A DNA stretch of 63,474 nucleotides, counting the filler, from Reticulomyxa filosa (taxonomy: Eukaryota > Protista > Foraminifera): the NCBI GenBank assembly GCA_000512085.1. It is 24 parts of 24 records of this genome, joined end to end, with 100 filler letters (N's around TTAATTAATTAA, not from the genome) between each part and the next. Parts side by side here need not be neighbours in the genome. Positions count along the whole stretch, not along the records: positions 52,286 to 58,450 come from ASPP01000153.1; positions 58,551 to 59,697 come from ASPP01007323.1; positions 59,798 to 61,162 come from ASPP01049975.1; positions 61,263 to 63,474 come from ASPP01044600.1; 20 more parts are not named here. One strand, 5' to 3'. A model generated the notes under the pieces. That model was not told the origin of the DNA and made no database searches. It was given only the letters and a program-made list of their open reading frames with translations. A program made the position numbers and the translations under genes. Positions within the stretch are counted from its first letter, which is position 1; each line of letters starts with the position of its first letter. This document shows, in pieces, positions 52,186 to 63,474 of the stretch.

Positions 52186-52411
52186 NNNNNNNNNNNNNNN
52201 NNNNNNNNNNNNNNNNNNNNNNNNNNNNNTTAATTAATTAANNNNNNNNNNNNNNNNNNNNNNNNNNNNNNNNNNNNNNNNNNNNTTTTTTTTTTTTTTT
52301 TAAAAAAAAAAAAATTTACATTTGTATGTATGTATACAAACTATTTTGTACCCTCTCTTTCTCTCTCTCCTCTCTTGCGTATGCGTGTTTATGTGTAATT
52401 TGTCGCTTTAT

Positions 52412-52813
52412 TTACTGTACATGGAACAAAGGATTAGGCAAATACACAGCTCGTGCCAAGATAAATAACAATGGACGGGGAACCCACCAAATAAATTTAT
52501 TGTGTTGCTTGATGTGATCCACTTTTGGTGTTGTCAATTCGGTCAATTGCTTCGAATAATGAGTTAAGTAGTCCACCATTGCCGACTTTAGTCGGTGCAA
52601 TGCTATGGAAAATAACACTGCCCAAAAAATTGGTGTTAACGAGTTCTTTATTAGTGCGTAATTCCATGACATCAAGTAAATAAACAGTAGTCCAAACAAC
52701 TGAAAAGCTACTGTCAAGATTGCTCCACGCAGTTGAAATTTATATTGCTCTGTTGTCGAATCCCAAAACGAGGTAGAAGGAAATCCATCCACATCACTTA
52801 TTGGACTTTCCAT
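52412..52813 (-). CDS. TMEM245-like multipass membrane protein, first exon
   Basis: ...YALIKNSLTPIFWAVLFSIALHRLKSA resembles the TMEM245 N-terminal L.PL.WAVL....LH..K motif. Confidence 0.6.
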   Translation of the reverse strand: MESPISDVDGFPSTSFWDSTTEQYKFQLRGAILTVAFQLFGLLFIYLMSWNYALIKNSLTPIFWAVLFSIALHRLKSAMVDYLTHYSKQLTELTTPKVDHIKQHNKFIWWVPRPLLFILARAVYLPNPLFHVQ

Positions 52814-54749
52814 TACCCTTTTTTTTTGTTTATTTTTATTTTCCTTTCTGCTTGTGTCCCTCGGGCAAGTTAGGAACTTAAATCATAACAATTTTAGATT
52901 TGCTTTAAACAAACATAGTTTGTGTTCGCCTGGTCTGAATTCAGTTAATTGTAAAAACTCTACGAAATGTACGTCTAAACTATAACAATAATGAAAAGAT
53001 TTCTTTTAGTAGTTTTTGGTCTTTTTCTGTCACTTATGGATCTCCGCTTCGTTAGATGCACTTGCTAATTTCTTCAACACCAACGTAACAGCAGTTTGTT
53101 ATGATATTGCAAACGACAAGATTGTAAATGCAAATAGTTCAAGATATTCTCTTATATTCAAAATATGACAATATATACATAAACATGACATTGTTAGTTA
53201 ATATATATTCCATTTGTATTTATCATAAAATAAATAACTTATTTGTTTCATTAGAAAACATTGTATGAATAATATATTGATCAAGTTTACTATGTTTATA
53301 ATTGATATGAAATTATTAATAAATAAACAAATAAAACAGAAACATTACTGAATACAATGAAAAAAAATTTTCCAACAAACAGTGACATATTCACATACAC
53401 AAAGTATATATCGCAACACACTATATACAATACTTGTACTATCGCTTCAACTGACATCAATCAGAAAGATTGTTGTTCAAATACGCTGTCAATATTGTCA
53501 TGTCAACAACAAATCATCTGGTCATAACACAATTAGTGATAACAATATAATTTGATTTTGTAATATAATTTCACCTTTTACTTTTTTTTACAACGTTTTT
53601 TTGCATATCATACATTTTTTATATTTTTATTTTACATTATTTTTTAAAAATTATTTTCTATTATTATTTTTTATTCATTATTACACTAACAATATATACT
53701 TATATATATATTATTATTATGTTAACAATAAACATTAAACTAAAAATCTAAATTATTAAAATCACAAATAAATACCATTATACAATAACATTACAAAATG
53801 AATATATATCACAAACAAGATATGTAATTACAATATAGAAAATATCATTTTATTAATAGTAACACAAAATATCATAATATACAAACTATCAAAAAAATTA
53901 TTATTATAAATATTATGTCATAATAATACATATTAATACAACAATTAACTAATGAAAAAAAAGTTAATACTTAAAAAATAGAATTAAAACTAAAAAAACT
54001 AATCAATGCAATATTGTGAATAAACTCAGCAAAATCTGACTTAACACATTTAAGTAAAGAAAAAAAAATTTAAAAGATAAATCTAAAACGATAAGCTGTT
54101 ATTTTTATTTTTTTTATAAATGAAATTTGAAAAATTATAAAAATTAAAATAAAAGCCAAAATGCTGAAAGTTTTGGTCGTGGATTGAATATTGTAGAATA
54201 TCCACTTCCGTAATATCTATCATATTTCATTTACATAAGTAGATGCTGCACAGACTTTTAATCGATGTCTGTCATTTCACTTAATATTTTTTTGCTGTGT
54301 GTAAAAATAATGCACTTTTTGCTCAAAAAGTAATAAAAAATTATTTTTGTTAAGATAGTCATTGTCAAATGATGACATTGATATTAATGTTATATTCAAA
54401 TTTCCTCTTCAATTCAAACACACTTGCCCTTCACCTTTAAAAGACTAACATAAGAGCACATCTACAAGATTATTGACAAGAATGGTATTTGCGCGAGCTG
54501 AATCAAACATATTTTTAGATTTGAAAATGATTAAGACCCCGTGATAGAAGTGTTCTTATACTGTGAAATAATTATTGTTTTGTTTGCAATATTATGTACG
54601 ATTGAAACAATGCCGTGATATCGATCTTTTGGCGCTATACTGTGACCGAAAAGATATAGAGGTATATTTCAAGTTGAGTCAACGGAATTTTTTAAATGAG
54701 CTATTTAAAAAAAAAAATTGTAATCAAAGCTAAAAAAAATTGTATTTGA

Positions 54750-55474
54750 TTATTCCCCTTCTCGGAAAAACACCCATTCTCCGCTCGATCCCCAGCCAGT
54801 ACAAATTCCGATATACACAATTTTCAAGCTATTGGCCACCGAATAGGATACTTTCATGACTATGTTTTTATCATTGATATCTGCGGTTTTACCAACCTGC
54901 AGATAATTCTCTTTTGTGTCCCATTTAATCCAAAAATCTCGGAATTCGTCATTGTTTACTATTTTGTGTGTCCCGACGGCGGCATGGTGATTGCCTTGGT
55001 TTTCAGAACGGATTACTGACATTGTATTTCCCCAACCACCAATCACTATTTCCCAATGCCGATCCTGGTGTTTCTTGTTGCAACCAAGGCACAAATGTAC
55101 ATCATTTTGTGCCTTTGCCATAAACCTTATCTTCCCCTTTTCTTTTTTTTTTTATTCGTCGTTGTTTTTACTTGTCAACAAAAGGTTTAGCACATGCACA
55201 AAAAACCTGATGTATTTGAGCCGGTTTTATCAACTTGCATCCAATGTTGGTATGTGTAGTAATCCCTGGTGCTATAGTAGTGAATTGATTTTAATGTTGG
55301 TAAATGCGTAATTTTTTGTATACGTTTCCGGGTTAACGTCCTCCAAAATGGGCATACAAATTTCAGCACTTTGTCTGAGTAAAAAAGATCAAAGTACTGC
55401 AAGATCTCTTGCAATAATACTGTTGGCAAAACATCGTTGATACAGTCATTATTGTTGAATTGTTTATCACTCAT
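54750..55474 (-). CDS. F-box protein with a C-terminal farnesoic-acid-O-methyltransferase-like (Methyltransf_FA) domain, 2 exons
   Basis: LPTVLLQEILQYF...VCPFWR (F-box), then AQNDVHLCL, WEIVIGGWGNTMSVIR, EFRDFWIKW and IGICTGWGSSGEW (FAMeT motifs). Confidence 0.8.
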
Positions 55475-55841
55475 TTATTTCAGCACCTTGCCTAAAAATT
55501 TTTTTAACTTCAGAAAAACTTACTTTATTTAAAGACTAGAAAAATTAGATCTACATGACAATTTATAGAGAAACTCGGCCTCTTAATCTGGTTACAGAGG
55601 ATTATTAAGTTCAAAGGTAAAAAACTTGTAAGAAGTTAAAATATCACAGAATTCAAAATGACAGAATTTTATATTATGCAGAGACTATTCGTTATGTCAT
55701 TCAAAACTGTATATTTTAAAAAATGGTATTGATTAGTATTGTGACACCATATTGCCGCAAGCAGTCAGAACAGGTGACGAACTTCCTCTTTCTTCTGGTC
55801 AAACCTTACATTTCGAAGTAGAAAAAGAAAACGATAAAGGA

Positions 55842-56882
55842 ATGGCACAAAAATCAACAAAGAAAAAAGATTACTATGAAATCTTGGGAGTGGCCCGTGA
55901 TGCAGATGAGCAGGCAATCAAAAAGGCATATCGGAAACTCGCACTGCAACATCACCCGGACAGAAACCCAGAAAACGTGGAAGAAGCGACTGAAAAATTT
56001 AAGGAAATATCCGAAGTTTTGTCACTGTGGGGAATCTCCTAGAGAAATATAAGCAAGAAGTGAAGGAAAAGGGGGAAAGGGGGGGGGAGGAGCAAAAAAA
56101 AAAAAAAAAAATGTACAAAATTTTTTTTTTTTTTGTGTGAACCGTAATCGTCGTAGGCATATGAAGTATTGAGCGATAGCCGAAAAAGACAAATATACGA
56201 TCAAGGTGGTTATGAAGCATTGAATGCGAAATTTGACTCGAGTACATTTTCGCACGTGGATCCATTTGACATGTTCAATGACCTATTCAGTGCATTTTCG
56301 GACGACCCATTTTTCCGTCCGTTTGGGCATGGTTTCCCGCGTAATCGCAACTCTCAAGGACAGAGACAACAGAGCCGATCTGCGCCGACGGATCCATTTG
56401 GATTTGGCTTTTCTTCGCCCTTTTTTGGTGGTGATATGTTCACTTCATTCGGAGATATGGGTGGTTCGTCGACGATGATGTTTACAAGCAGTAGCGGCGG
56501 GATGGGCAATATGACGTCCACGAGTACAACCACAAGCATTGTCAATGGTCGTAAAATGACCACCAAAACGACCACCCGAAACGGGCAGACAGTTGTCGAA
56601 AAATATGAAAATGATCAGTTGGTCCAGAAGATGATCAATGGCGTGGAGCAAAACTTGCAAAGTATTGATTACAAATCCAACGAACAACAGACCGATAACA
56701 AGGCCAAGTCGAAAAAGGAAAAACATCATCATCATCATCACCATCACCACCATCAGTCGGAAGACAAGGACACCACCGACTCCAAGACCGATAAGCACGA
56801 TAAGCCCGATGATTCTACTAAAAATGAAAAACGCAGAGACTCCAGAACCCGTCAGACGCAACAGGAAGGTAACACAAAGTAA
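55842..56882 (+). CDS. DnaJ/Hsp40 co-chaperone of DNAJB6/B8 type, 2 exons
   Basis: [18 protein letters not shown]|AYEVLSD, a G/F-rich region, the S/T-rich segment [17 protein letters not shown] and a C-terminal poly-His. Confidence 0.92.
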
Positions 56883-57615
56883 ACAAAGCAGCTTTTCTCC
56901 CCCCCCCCCCCTCTCCTGTGTTTCGTTGAAAGTAAGTTGATTTGAGGAATAAAAAAAAAAAAAAAGAATCTCACATTTTTTAATGGTATCAAATGACGAA
57001 TTTTTTTTTTTAGTGTTTGTTTTTCTTTGCTCAACATCTTCTTTGAATGCTGTTTTTTTGATAACGTTAAAATTGGGCTTCTTTTTTCAGGAAAGTTGTA
57101 TTCTTTTTTGCACTCTTCTCTTTCAATTCCGTGTCTCTTCTCACACCCTATTTTAAAGAGATGTATGTCAAATTTACACGTATACTAATTGCACATTTGA
57201 TAAAAGCTGTCTTGTATTTGGAAAAAAAAAACTCTTTGAAATGGGTGATATTTGACGTTTATCTTGATTTTTTTAAAGTAAATTGTAATGGGTCAAGTAA
57301 AAAGGAATATGCCTCGTTACAAGCACTTTGGAAGATGTTAAAAATTGACCCTTTACAAAATCAATGTATATGTAAACAGTTAGTGAGTGGCCTTTTTTTG
57401 TTCCTATGAATAATATAAACAATTAATTTAAAAAAGTTTCAAAAGTGGCTGTGTGATTCGTTGGGGGATTTATAAGTTTTTTGCCCATGAAGATGACATT
57501 TTTATATTTGTAAAAAAAAATTTAAAAAATATCCACATTTTTGTATTAACAACAAATATGAAAGAACAAGAAAAAAAATTTGCTTTTTTTAAAAATTTTT
57601 ATTTCGTAAAATATA

Positions 57616-58335
57616 TTAATGATTCCATGTGTAACCCAAAGCATCCCAAAAAGCACAGGTTTGCTCTTCATACTTTGGAACAATGACCACCCCAGATCCT
57701 TCAGGTGGAGGAACGTCTAAAATCATGGTATTTTGTTCAACGGGTTCATATCGCAGCCAAAACACTGGGTTGTTGGGATTGCCTTTGTTGGGATATCCAA
57801 ACCAACCCAGCGACGTCCAGTAATATTGGAATGTTTCACCTAAGTCCCATTCCGCGGGAGTGTAGCTCGCATTGACATTTACCTATTTTTTTTTTCCCCC
57901 ACGCAAATAGTAAACGTAAACGTACATTCTTTTTTGTCAAAAAAAAAAAAAAAGGGTATAAAAAAAAATTATTAGTGCTTAGGATATAAGCTAACAGGCC
58001 AAAGACTAGGAGTAGTGATATAAGGCAATTCGGCAGCGTGACAAACCATGTCCCAGCAAGCTTCGACCGTGTCAAAGGCATACTGATTGAAGCTACTGGG
58101 ATGATTGAAGTGATAGAAATAAGCGCCATTGGTGTCTTCGTTCACGCCAGAGGCATAGTTGTGGGCTTGGGTCGCCAAATAGCGCGATGGACAGTGGAAC
58201 AGGCCATCGGTAAAAATCTGACTGCCCAATGGCCTGGTGTCAATATCTCCAACCAACGACACATTATAAAACTCCCAAATCAACGGCGCATTTTCCTCTC
58301 CAAGCAAGAGTTCAATCATCACATACAGTCCAGCT
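57616..58335 (-). CDS. Type-B carboxylesterase/cholinesterase family, C-terminal exons (5' truncated)
   Basis: TDGLFHCP, YFYHFNH, VCHAAELPY (catalytic His), YWTSLGWFGYPN and CAFWDALGY. Confidence 0.85.
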
Positions 58336-58679
58336 GCACATATACATATATTTTTTTTTTTTTTTTATATCGTTTTAAAGAATAGGTTGCCACGTGGACA
58401 ACAGAAATATATACATATACATATATATATATATGTATATATGTATATATNNNNNNNNNNNNNNNNNNNNNNNNNNNNNNNNNNNNNNNNNNNNTTAATT
58501 AATTAANNNNNNNNNNNNNNNNNNNNNNNNNNNNNNNNNNNNNNNNNNNNTTTTTTTTTTTTTTTGCTTCTTTTGACTTGGCTGAAGTTTCTTATCATTT
58601 GCATATACTAAACTATTTTTTTGTGCGCTTGGACGGAACTTACTCGGGATACTAGTGTTCAAAGTACGAAACAATTAGC

Positions 58680-59390
58680 AAAATGAGTGCCTCGAATTTG
58701 GCTATTGTCATTGGACCAAACATTTTGCGAACGAACATTGAGAACCCCTTGAAGGCCATGGATGACAACGGTACGAAATTTACACTTTTTTTATTTTGCT
58801 AAAAAAAAAAAAAAACCCCTTGGAAATGAACTTTTGCAAGGGACGTTTTGCGCACATATTATATGTATGTGTGGTGTAAATAAGATTACATCCGACTGGC
58901 AGTGACGACGATGATAACGCACGCAGCTGATGTGTTTCCAAGTAGTGAACAAATAGCGGAAAAAGATAAGGAGGTAAATGCATCATTGTATTTCTATGGC
59001 GTGACCACCAACCAAGGAGCACCAGTAGAGCAGCCTAGCCACGAAAAACAAGAATCTGAAATTGGCCTGTTTAAAGTAGCCGTTGCGGTGTCTCGCAAAT
59101 CCAATCTTTACGAAGGTACATCAGGTCCTAGTACTACCACGGACAACTCAACTGCTAGAAAATCGACCTCCCCATCTCCATCTCCATTTTCATTGGGGTC
59201 ATCCAAACAAGGCCAACAGCCCATGAATATGAATTGGGGTCAAATTCCTCCGCCTCCAACCATGTCATCACGAATTGGAAATGATACCACGTCAGCCACC
59301 AACACTACCTCATCTTCTCGTCAAACTCTCACTTCTCCGCTTCCTCTCTCATCCAAAGCTAATTCACCAGGAGTTACTTTATTCTTGTTC
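58680..59390 (+). CDS. RhoGAP domain C-terminus followed by a Ser/Pro/Thr-rich tail (fragment)
   Basis: KMSASNLAIVIGPNILR (RhoGAP signature), then spliced DYIRLAVTTMITHAADVF. Confidence 0.75.
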
Positions 59391-59797
59391 TAATTTCCGA
59401 TCTTCGTCTTCCTCTCCTCCTCTATTCTTCAATTTTTTTTATTTTTATTTATTTTTTTTTTTTGATTGATGTGTTTTGGCTTTCCTCATCAAAGTGCAGA
59501 CGTCCAACCAAAATGCAACAACACAGCCCAAACCTTCGTTGTCATCTGCGTCCCCAGCCATGAGTTGAGTTGGTGTAACCAAAAACACAAAATACAATCC
59601 ATCGATGATCTAAACTATATGTGCAAAGGATGGCTCGAGATGAAACAGATAAACACCCATTTTTCAAATGTGTTTGTGTGTGTGTGTGTGTGTGTGTNNN
59701 NNNNNNNNNNNNNNNNNNNNNNNNNNNNNNNNNNNNNNNNNTTAATTAATTAANNNNNNNNNNNNNNNNNNNNNNNNNNNNNNNNNNNNNNNNNNNN

Positions 59798-60720
59798 TGT
59801 TTTCCTGTCTATATTGTCCTGTCTATGTTGTTCCAGTCTATATTTTCCTGTCTATGTTGTTCTAGTATATGCTGTTCCTTATATTTTCCGGTCTATGTTT
59901 TCCTGTCTATATTGCCCTGTCTATGTTTTCTTGTCATTATACTCCTGTCTATGTTTTCTTGTCATTATGCTCCTGTCTATGTTGTTCCAGTTTATGTTGC
60001 TCATGTATATACTTTCCAGTTTATGCTGTTCCAGTCTATATTTCCCTGTCTATGTTTTCCTGTCTATATTGTCCTGTCTATGTTGTTCCTTTCTATGTTT
60101 TCCTGTCTATGCTGTTCCGGTTTATGTTTTCCTGTCTATGTTGTTCCAGTCCATGTTTTCCTGTCTATGTTGTTCCTGTCTATGCTTTCCTGTCTATGCT
60201 GTTCCTGATATACTTTCCTGTCTATGTTGTTCCAGTCTATGCTTGTTTTACTGTCTATGTTGCTCCGGTCTATGTTTTCCTGTTTATGTTGTTCCAGTCT
60301 ATGCTTTCCTGTATATATTTTCCTGTATATATTTTCCTGTCTATGTTTTCCTGTCTATATTGTCCTGTCTATGTTGTTCCAGTCTATGTTTTGCGGTCTA
60401 TGCTGTTCCTGTCTATATTTCCATGTTTATGTTGTTCCTTTCTATGTTCTCCTGTCTATGCCGCTTCTGTCTAGTTGTTCCAGTCTATGTTTTACTGTTT
60501 ATGTTGTTCCAGTATATGCTATTCCTGTCTATATTGTCCTGTCTATGTTGTTCCTGTCTATATTGTCCTGTCTATGTTTTCCGTCTATATTGTCCAGTCT
60601 ATGTTGTTCCAGTCTATGTTGTTCCAGTCTATGTTGTTCAAGTCAAGTCTATGTTTTTCTGTGTATATGCTATTCTGATCTAGGTTGTTCCGGTCTAGGT
60701 GTCCCTGTCAAGATTGTTCC
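59798..60720 (+). repeat. Degenerate tandem satellite of 14-15-bp units, consensus CC(T/A)GTCTATG(T/C)TGTT / CCTGTCTATGTTTT
   Basis: Dozens of units run from the contig start and decay towards about 60720. Confidence 0.92.
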
Positions 60721-61329
60721 GGTGGGTCCTAGAAATCGTAACCACCAACCCTCTACGTGGGAGGACCTAGTAACACACTTACATATTTTGTAGTGTGGCC
60801 AAGGTGAATTCACCAGGTGGACGTCACCACAAACTTGTGGTGTTTATTATTTAAAACATAAACCTAAAAAAAAAATAAAAAACAGGTATGATGAAAATCA
60901 AAGTCAAAGTTCAAATCAAGACCAAGATTCGAATTCATATGCAAATGTAAATGAATGTGAGAACAACAAAGACAAGAACAAATGATAAGATATACTCAAC
61001 AGAAATTGGAGAAACAAAACCAGGAATTAATTTGCAATGATATTGTAGCAATGAAAACTGTTTGGCATCAAAAATCAAATTACTCGTATGTGTGAATATT
61101 GGTTTTGTAATGCTACATTTATGAACATGCAATGAATAGTATTGAAATTAAAAATTTAATGGNNNNNNNNNNNNNNNNNNNNNNNNNNNNNNNNNNNNNN
61201 NNNNNNTTAATTAATTAANNNNNNNNNNNNNNNNNNNNNNNNNNNNNNNNNNNNNNNNNNNNTTTTTTTTTTAATTTTCCAAGATTCAAGACGACAAACA
61301 AGCAGGAGGAAAAAAAAAGCTTGTTTTGG

Positions 61330-63436
61330 TCAGGGAGCTTTTTGTTCCTGTTGTTTTTTGGCAACGCTTTTAACAAAAGCGACATATTCTCGTGTGCCAC
61401 GAAAGCGCAAGTACGAGTCTTGCATGAGTTTCCACAAGTCTTTCCTGGTATCTTCCACCAAGTCCAATACTTTGAGTACTCCAACAAAATTTTTCTTACG
61501 ACGAAGTACTGACTCCTTCCTTTTCATCGACTCTGTAGTCGACTGTGGTTCCAGTGTGACCATTTCCACTTCTTCATCTTCTAATGTCAGCAATTTTTTT
61601 ATTTTTTTTTTTACATATAAGTGTATATACGCATTACGTATATGCATGTGGATTAATTACTAAAAGAGTAAACTGTGTTCTCTCAACAAAAAAAAAAAAA
61701 AAAAAGAGCAAAATAAACACCTTCATTTTTGGACCGCAAAGCAGGGATTTGTTGAGGTTTGAAGTGATCGATTCGACAATCGTCTTTGTTTTTGATGATA
61801 TCAGCCCACACGCGATAATGAGAAGAGCTGATGTTGACTTGGTATTCTGCAGCGTCTCGAATGTAACGATTATGCAAGTACCGAACATGCTCATACAATG
61901 TCAAATTGGTACTAATAATTGCAGAATTGGGCAAGAACGGAAACGAATTTATCAAATCTTTGCCCATGGACCAGCCAAGAAACTCCGCATCCTCGTCCAT
62001 TGAGTTTCTTTGGTTCTGGGGACGTTCCTCATGGTTCCCGGCACTTTGTTATCATGTTGTCATTTATTATTTATATCTCACAAGGGAAGAGAGAAGAAAA
62101 AAAAAAAAAAAAAAAAAAAAAATACCAAACTCGGATAAATTGTGTGACAAAGTTAGATTATCAACGGCTTTGTTAACCTCTTTGATGAACGAAGAGCCGA
62201 TCCGTTCGATGATGGTGGAATGTGTGGGATCGGTGCTTGTTGTCTTGGTTAGTACCTCTGCGACTTGGTTAATGGAACTCGTAGTTGCGAGTCTGTCGAT
62301 AATGATTTTTTTGAACTCGTCTCTCCATTTCCGTAAGAATTGTGTGCACTCCACAAAGCACAACAAATTCTCTGATATATGTATATGTATAAACATACGT
62401 ATATATGTACGTATACATATACATGTATAATGTATGTGTATGAAGTTGTGAGTGTGTTATACGGCATGTTGCAATCTCAATCTTTTCAATTCTCTCTTTT
62501 TTTTTTTTTTTTTTAAAAAAAATATAAAAATAAAAAAAAATTATAAAAAAATAAAAAACCAGCAGAAAATTCGGAAACAAGGAGCTCCATGAAAGCCTCA
62601 AAACCTTCTTCGTTTGAGACGAATGTGGTCAGACTAATGCTATCTTCATCCAGATCCTTGATGGCATCGATGTTGACATGATCGGAGGTTAATGCACGTA
62701 ACAGCCAGCCCGTTTGAATATAATTCACGCCCAAAAAAAGCCACTGAAACACCACCCCCGATATCAGCGTAGTGTAAACATAGATTTCGCGACTGCTGCG
62801 TCCCACACCAAACGCAACCAACTGGACCATCGCATAGCAAAACGCGAATCTATTGTCAATCCCAAGTTACCACATACACACTATACACACTGTACACACA
62901 CGTTTTACAAAAAACTACGCAAAGAGCCATTTGTGTGTTCTTTGCATTGGATGGAGCTATCAAGTGTGACTCTTAACTTCGCCATTACTATAGTGATACA
63001 AACATAGCCAATCAAACAAAAAGTTTTTTTTTTTAATGTTAAGCATTAAATATATATATGTATATATATATTTATGTATTTAAAATACTTAACAGATAAT
63101 TTCATTTCGGATTTGAAAGTTGTCATGAATGCTACGAATTTTCCAAACATTTAGAAGAATGACGGCCAAGGTCAACGCCAAGCATGAGCCAACAGCGGCG
63201 GAGAGGTACGTCCAGTCGTGGATATACGTCATAATGGGGGATACTACGATGAACAACACAATGCAAAATATGTATGGAATCGACAACACTTTGAACACCC
63301 ACCATTCGTTTCCATACGTCCTTCGATGCACCGAATACCAATCCGGCGTTTTCACGCTCATCATGTCCAATGACCGTCGCCAATCCGATGATCGGATTGC
63401 ACGATTGCGCTCGTATTCGTATCGTAGTATCCAAAC
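61330..63436 (-). CDS. Multi-TM RGS protein (7TM-RGS-like), multi-exon, 5' truncated
   Basis: TM exons (..WKIRSIHDNFQIRNEI..), then a split RGS box: GFEAFMELLVSEFSA|ENLLCFVE, RYIRDAAEYQVNIS and LWKLMQDSYLRF. Confidence 0.85.
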
Positions 63437-63438
63437 CC

Positions 63439-63474
<36 letters not shown>

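Noticed and set aside
39410-55474. Apparent cluster of ubiquitin-system genes
   Set aside because: The genes lie on separate concatenated contigs, so no real synteny can be inferred.
59798-60720. CRISPR array
   Set aside because: There are no unique spacers between repeats, no cas genes, and the context is eukaryotic.
59814-60793. Long Cys/Val/Tyr-rich ORFs in all three + frames
   Set aside because: They arise because the satellite unit lacks stop codons on this strand. Mixed 14/15-nt units rotate the frame, which is inconsistent with coding.
10313-61262. Regularly recurring TTAATTAATTAA flanked by Ns as a biological repeat or CRISPR-like array
   Set aside because: It is an identical 100-bp assembly linker with six-frame stops, so it is artificial.

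Overview
This is not one continuous locus. It is 24 short draft-assembly contigs joined by 23 artificial 100-bp linkers (N44-TTAATTAATTAA-N44), so gene order across linkers means nothing. Twenty-three contigs are AT-rich, homopolymer-rich eukaryotic DNA with short spliceosomal introns. EFL remnants, a TM-RGS protein and heavy pseudogene debris suggest a rhizarian/foraminiferan protist such as Reticulomyxa (inference). One contig (51004-52185) is GC-rich alphaproteobacterial-like pstS-pstC. Recognisable genes: P2X receptor, PHGDH/SerA, GT8 glycosyltransferase, Polo-like kinase, WD40, MRH-EGF receptor, BTB and F-box proteins, TIP30-like reductase, TMEM245-like protein, DnaJ, carboxylesterase, RhoGAP and TM-RGS. 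Best candidates for new biology: (1) an intron-containing eukaryotic gene with a RelA/SpoT small-alarmone-synthetase-like domain flanked by ankyrin-like repeats; (2) a MYCBP2-type RING-Cys-relay E3 ligase followed by four HECTD1-type SUN/discoidin-like domains; (3) introns with A-rich rather than pyrimidine-rich acceptors, often with a 5' T-run; (4) an Arf-like GTPase fused to a duplicated His-motif domain; (5) an inverted-repeat-bounded mosaic of actin and EFL gene fragments. All family assignments come from motif recognition by eye; no searches were run.
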